Below, one piece after another: positions 63,288 to 64,000 of a stretch of DNA of 64,000 bases. Below the pieces are notes generated by a model, which saw nothing but the letters and a program-made list of their open reading frames with translations, had not been told where the DNA came from and made no database searches. The stretch comes from Chiloscyllium plagiosum (Eukaryota). Every line of letters starts with the position of its first letter. Position 1 is the stretch's first letter. The translations under genes were made by a program, and so were the position numbers. The DNA lies in assembly GCF_004010195.1 (NCBI RefSeq), contig NC_057722.1, positions 55,772,436 through 55,836,435 on the forward strand. The letters run 5' to 3'.

Positions 63288-63575
63288 ATGGTACTGCGAA
63301 AGCTGCTGCAGTCGGTGTTGAATAACGCGCGGCTGATCGAGAAGCTGTCGGAGTCTATGCCGATGCGGCGAGCGGCCCAGATCACTGTCTATGTGATAGC
63401 ACGGCTCCAGCTGAGAGGCCAGAATGTGGCCGAGCGACTGAGTCAGTTCAATGCCCTGCGGCAGCTCCTGGAGAAGGGAGACATTCCCCGCAACCTCAAC
63501 AAGAAACTGGCCGAACTGAAAGACGCCATTGCGAAGGAGCTGAAGGACTCTTTGGGGAAGAAAGGCGAAAAGTGA
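63288..63575 (+). CDS. NCBP2AS2: NCBP2AS2/HIAR microprotein, 95 aa, single coding exon
   Basis: GCCATGG Kozak context. MVLRKLLQSVLNNARLIEKLSESMPMRRAAQIT matches the family N-terminal motif (L+E+LSES.P+RRAAQ+T). Head-to-head with NCBP2. Confidence 0.92.
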   Translation: MVLRKLLQSVLNNARLIEKLSESMPMRRAAQITVYVIARLQLRGQNVAERLSQFNALRQLLEKGDIPRNLNKKLAELKDAIAKELKDSLGKKGEK

Positions 63576-64000
63576 AAAATACATTAAAAACTGGATTCTC
63601 CTCGGAGTTGATTCTCCGCACTCTCCGACACCTGCTGTGGTGACTGGACCAAAGAGGAAGACTTTGAAAAGTTACCCTATTTTAAAAGCACCACGGTAAA
63701 CATCTGTCCTGGGGATACTCCAGCTGACATTTGGGTAAATTCCCTTTCAGTATTCATGGTGGTTGGATTCCGATGTAGCGATACACTGACTTTGAAATTC
63801 TTTTGAAATGTTATGAATGCTTATTGTCATCAGCACAAGATCAGAATCGTGACACTTTTTCACCAGATTCAGATTAAATAGATGCCATCTGACAATTTTC
63901 CTATGTTGGCCGTAATTGTGCTGTAACTATTTGAGATTCACTTTAAATGCTGTGCAAATTCATTGATGACAATGTAAACTGTGCACACAATTCGTCAGAA

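Overview
Vertebrate genomic DNA, almost certainly a cartilaginous fish (HE1-type SINEs and CR1/HER1-type LINEs point to a shark; the species cannot be fixed from sequence). Three genes are resolved exon by exon, in the order I recall for human 3q29. SENP5 is on the + strand, with a predicted non-coding exon 1 in a CpG island at about 12.5 kb and 9 coding exons (17930-49094, 750 aa, intact His/Asp/Cys triad). NCBP2/CBP20 is on the - strand (4 exons, 62836-53710, 164 aa) and its intron 2 is a minor-spliceosome U12-type GT-AG intron. The intronless microprotein gene NCBP2AS2/HIAR is on the + strand (63288-63575, 95 aa), head-to-head with NCBP2 across a promoter of about 450 bp. The rest is mostly transposon-derived: an L1 3' end, nested CR1 LINEs, HE1 and Deu-type SINEs, Tigger/pogo-like MITEs and a 39/41-bp minisatellite. 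The most striking non-genic signal is a set of Penelope-like fold-back insertions in SENP5 introns that carry minimal hammerhead-ribozyme cores (CUGANGA...GAAAC-GUC). These include about 190-bp non-coding 'hairpin + hammerhead + TSD' units. A 230-nt assembly gap lies at 41762-41991. All family assignments are from motif recognition by eye, not database searches.
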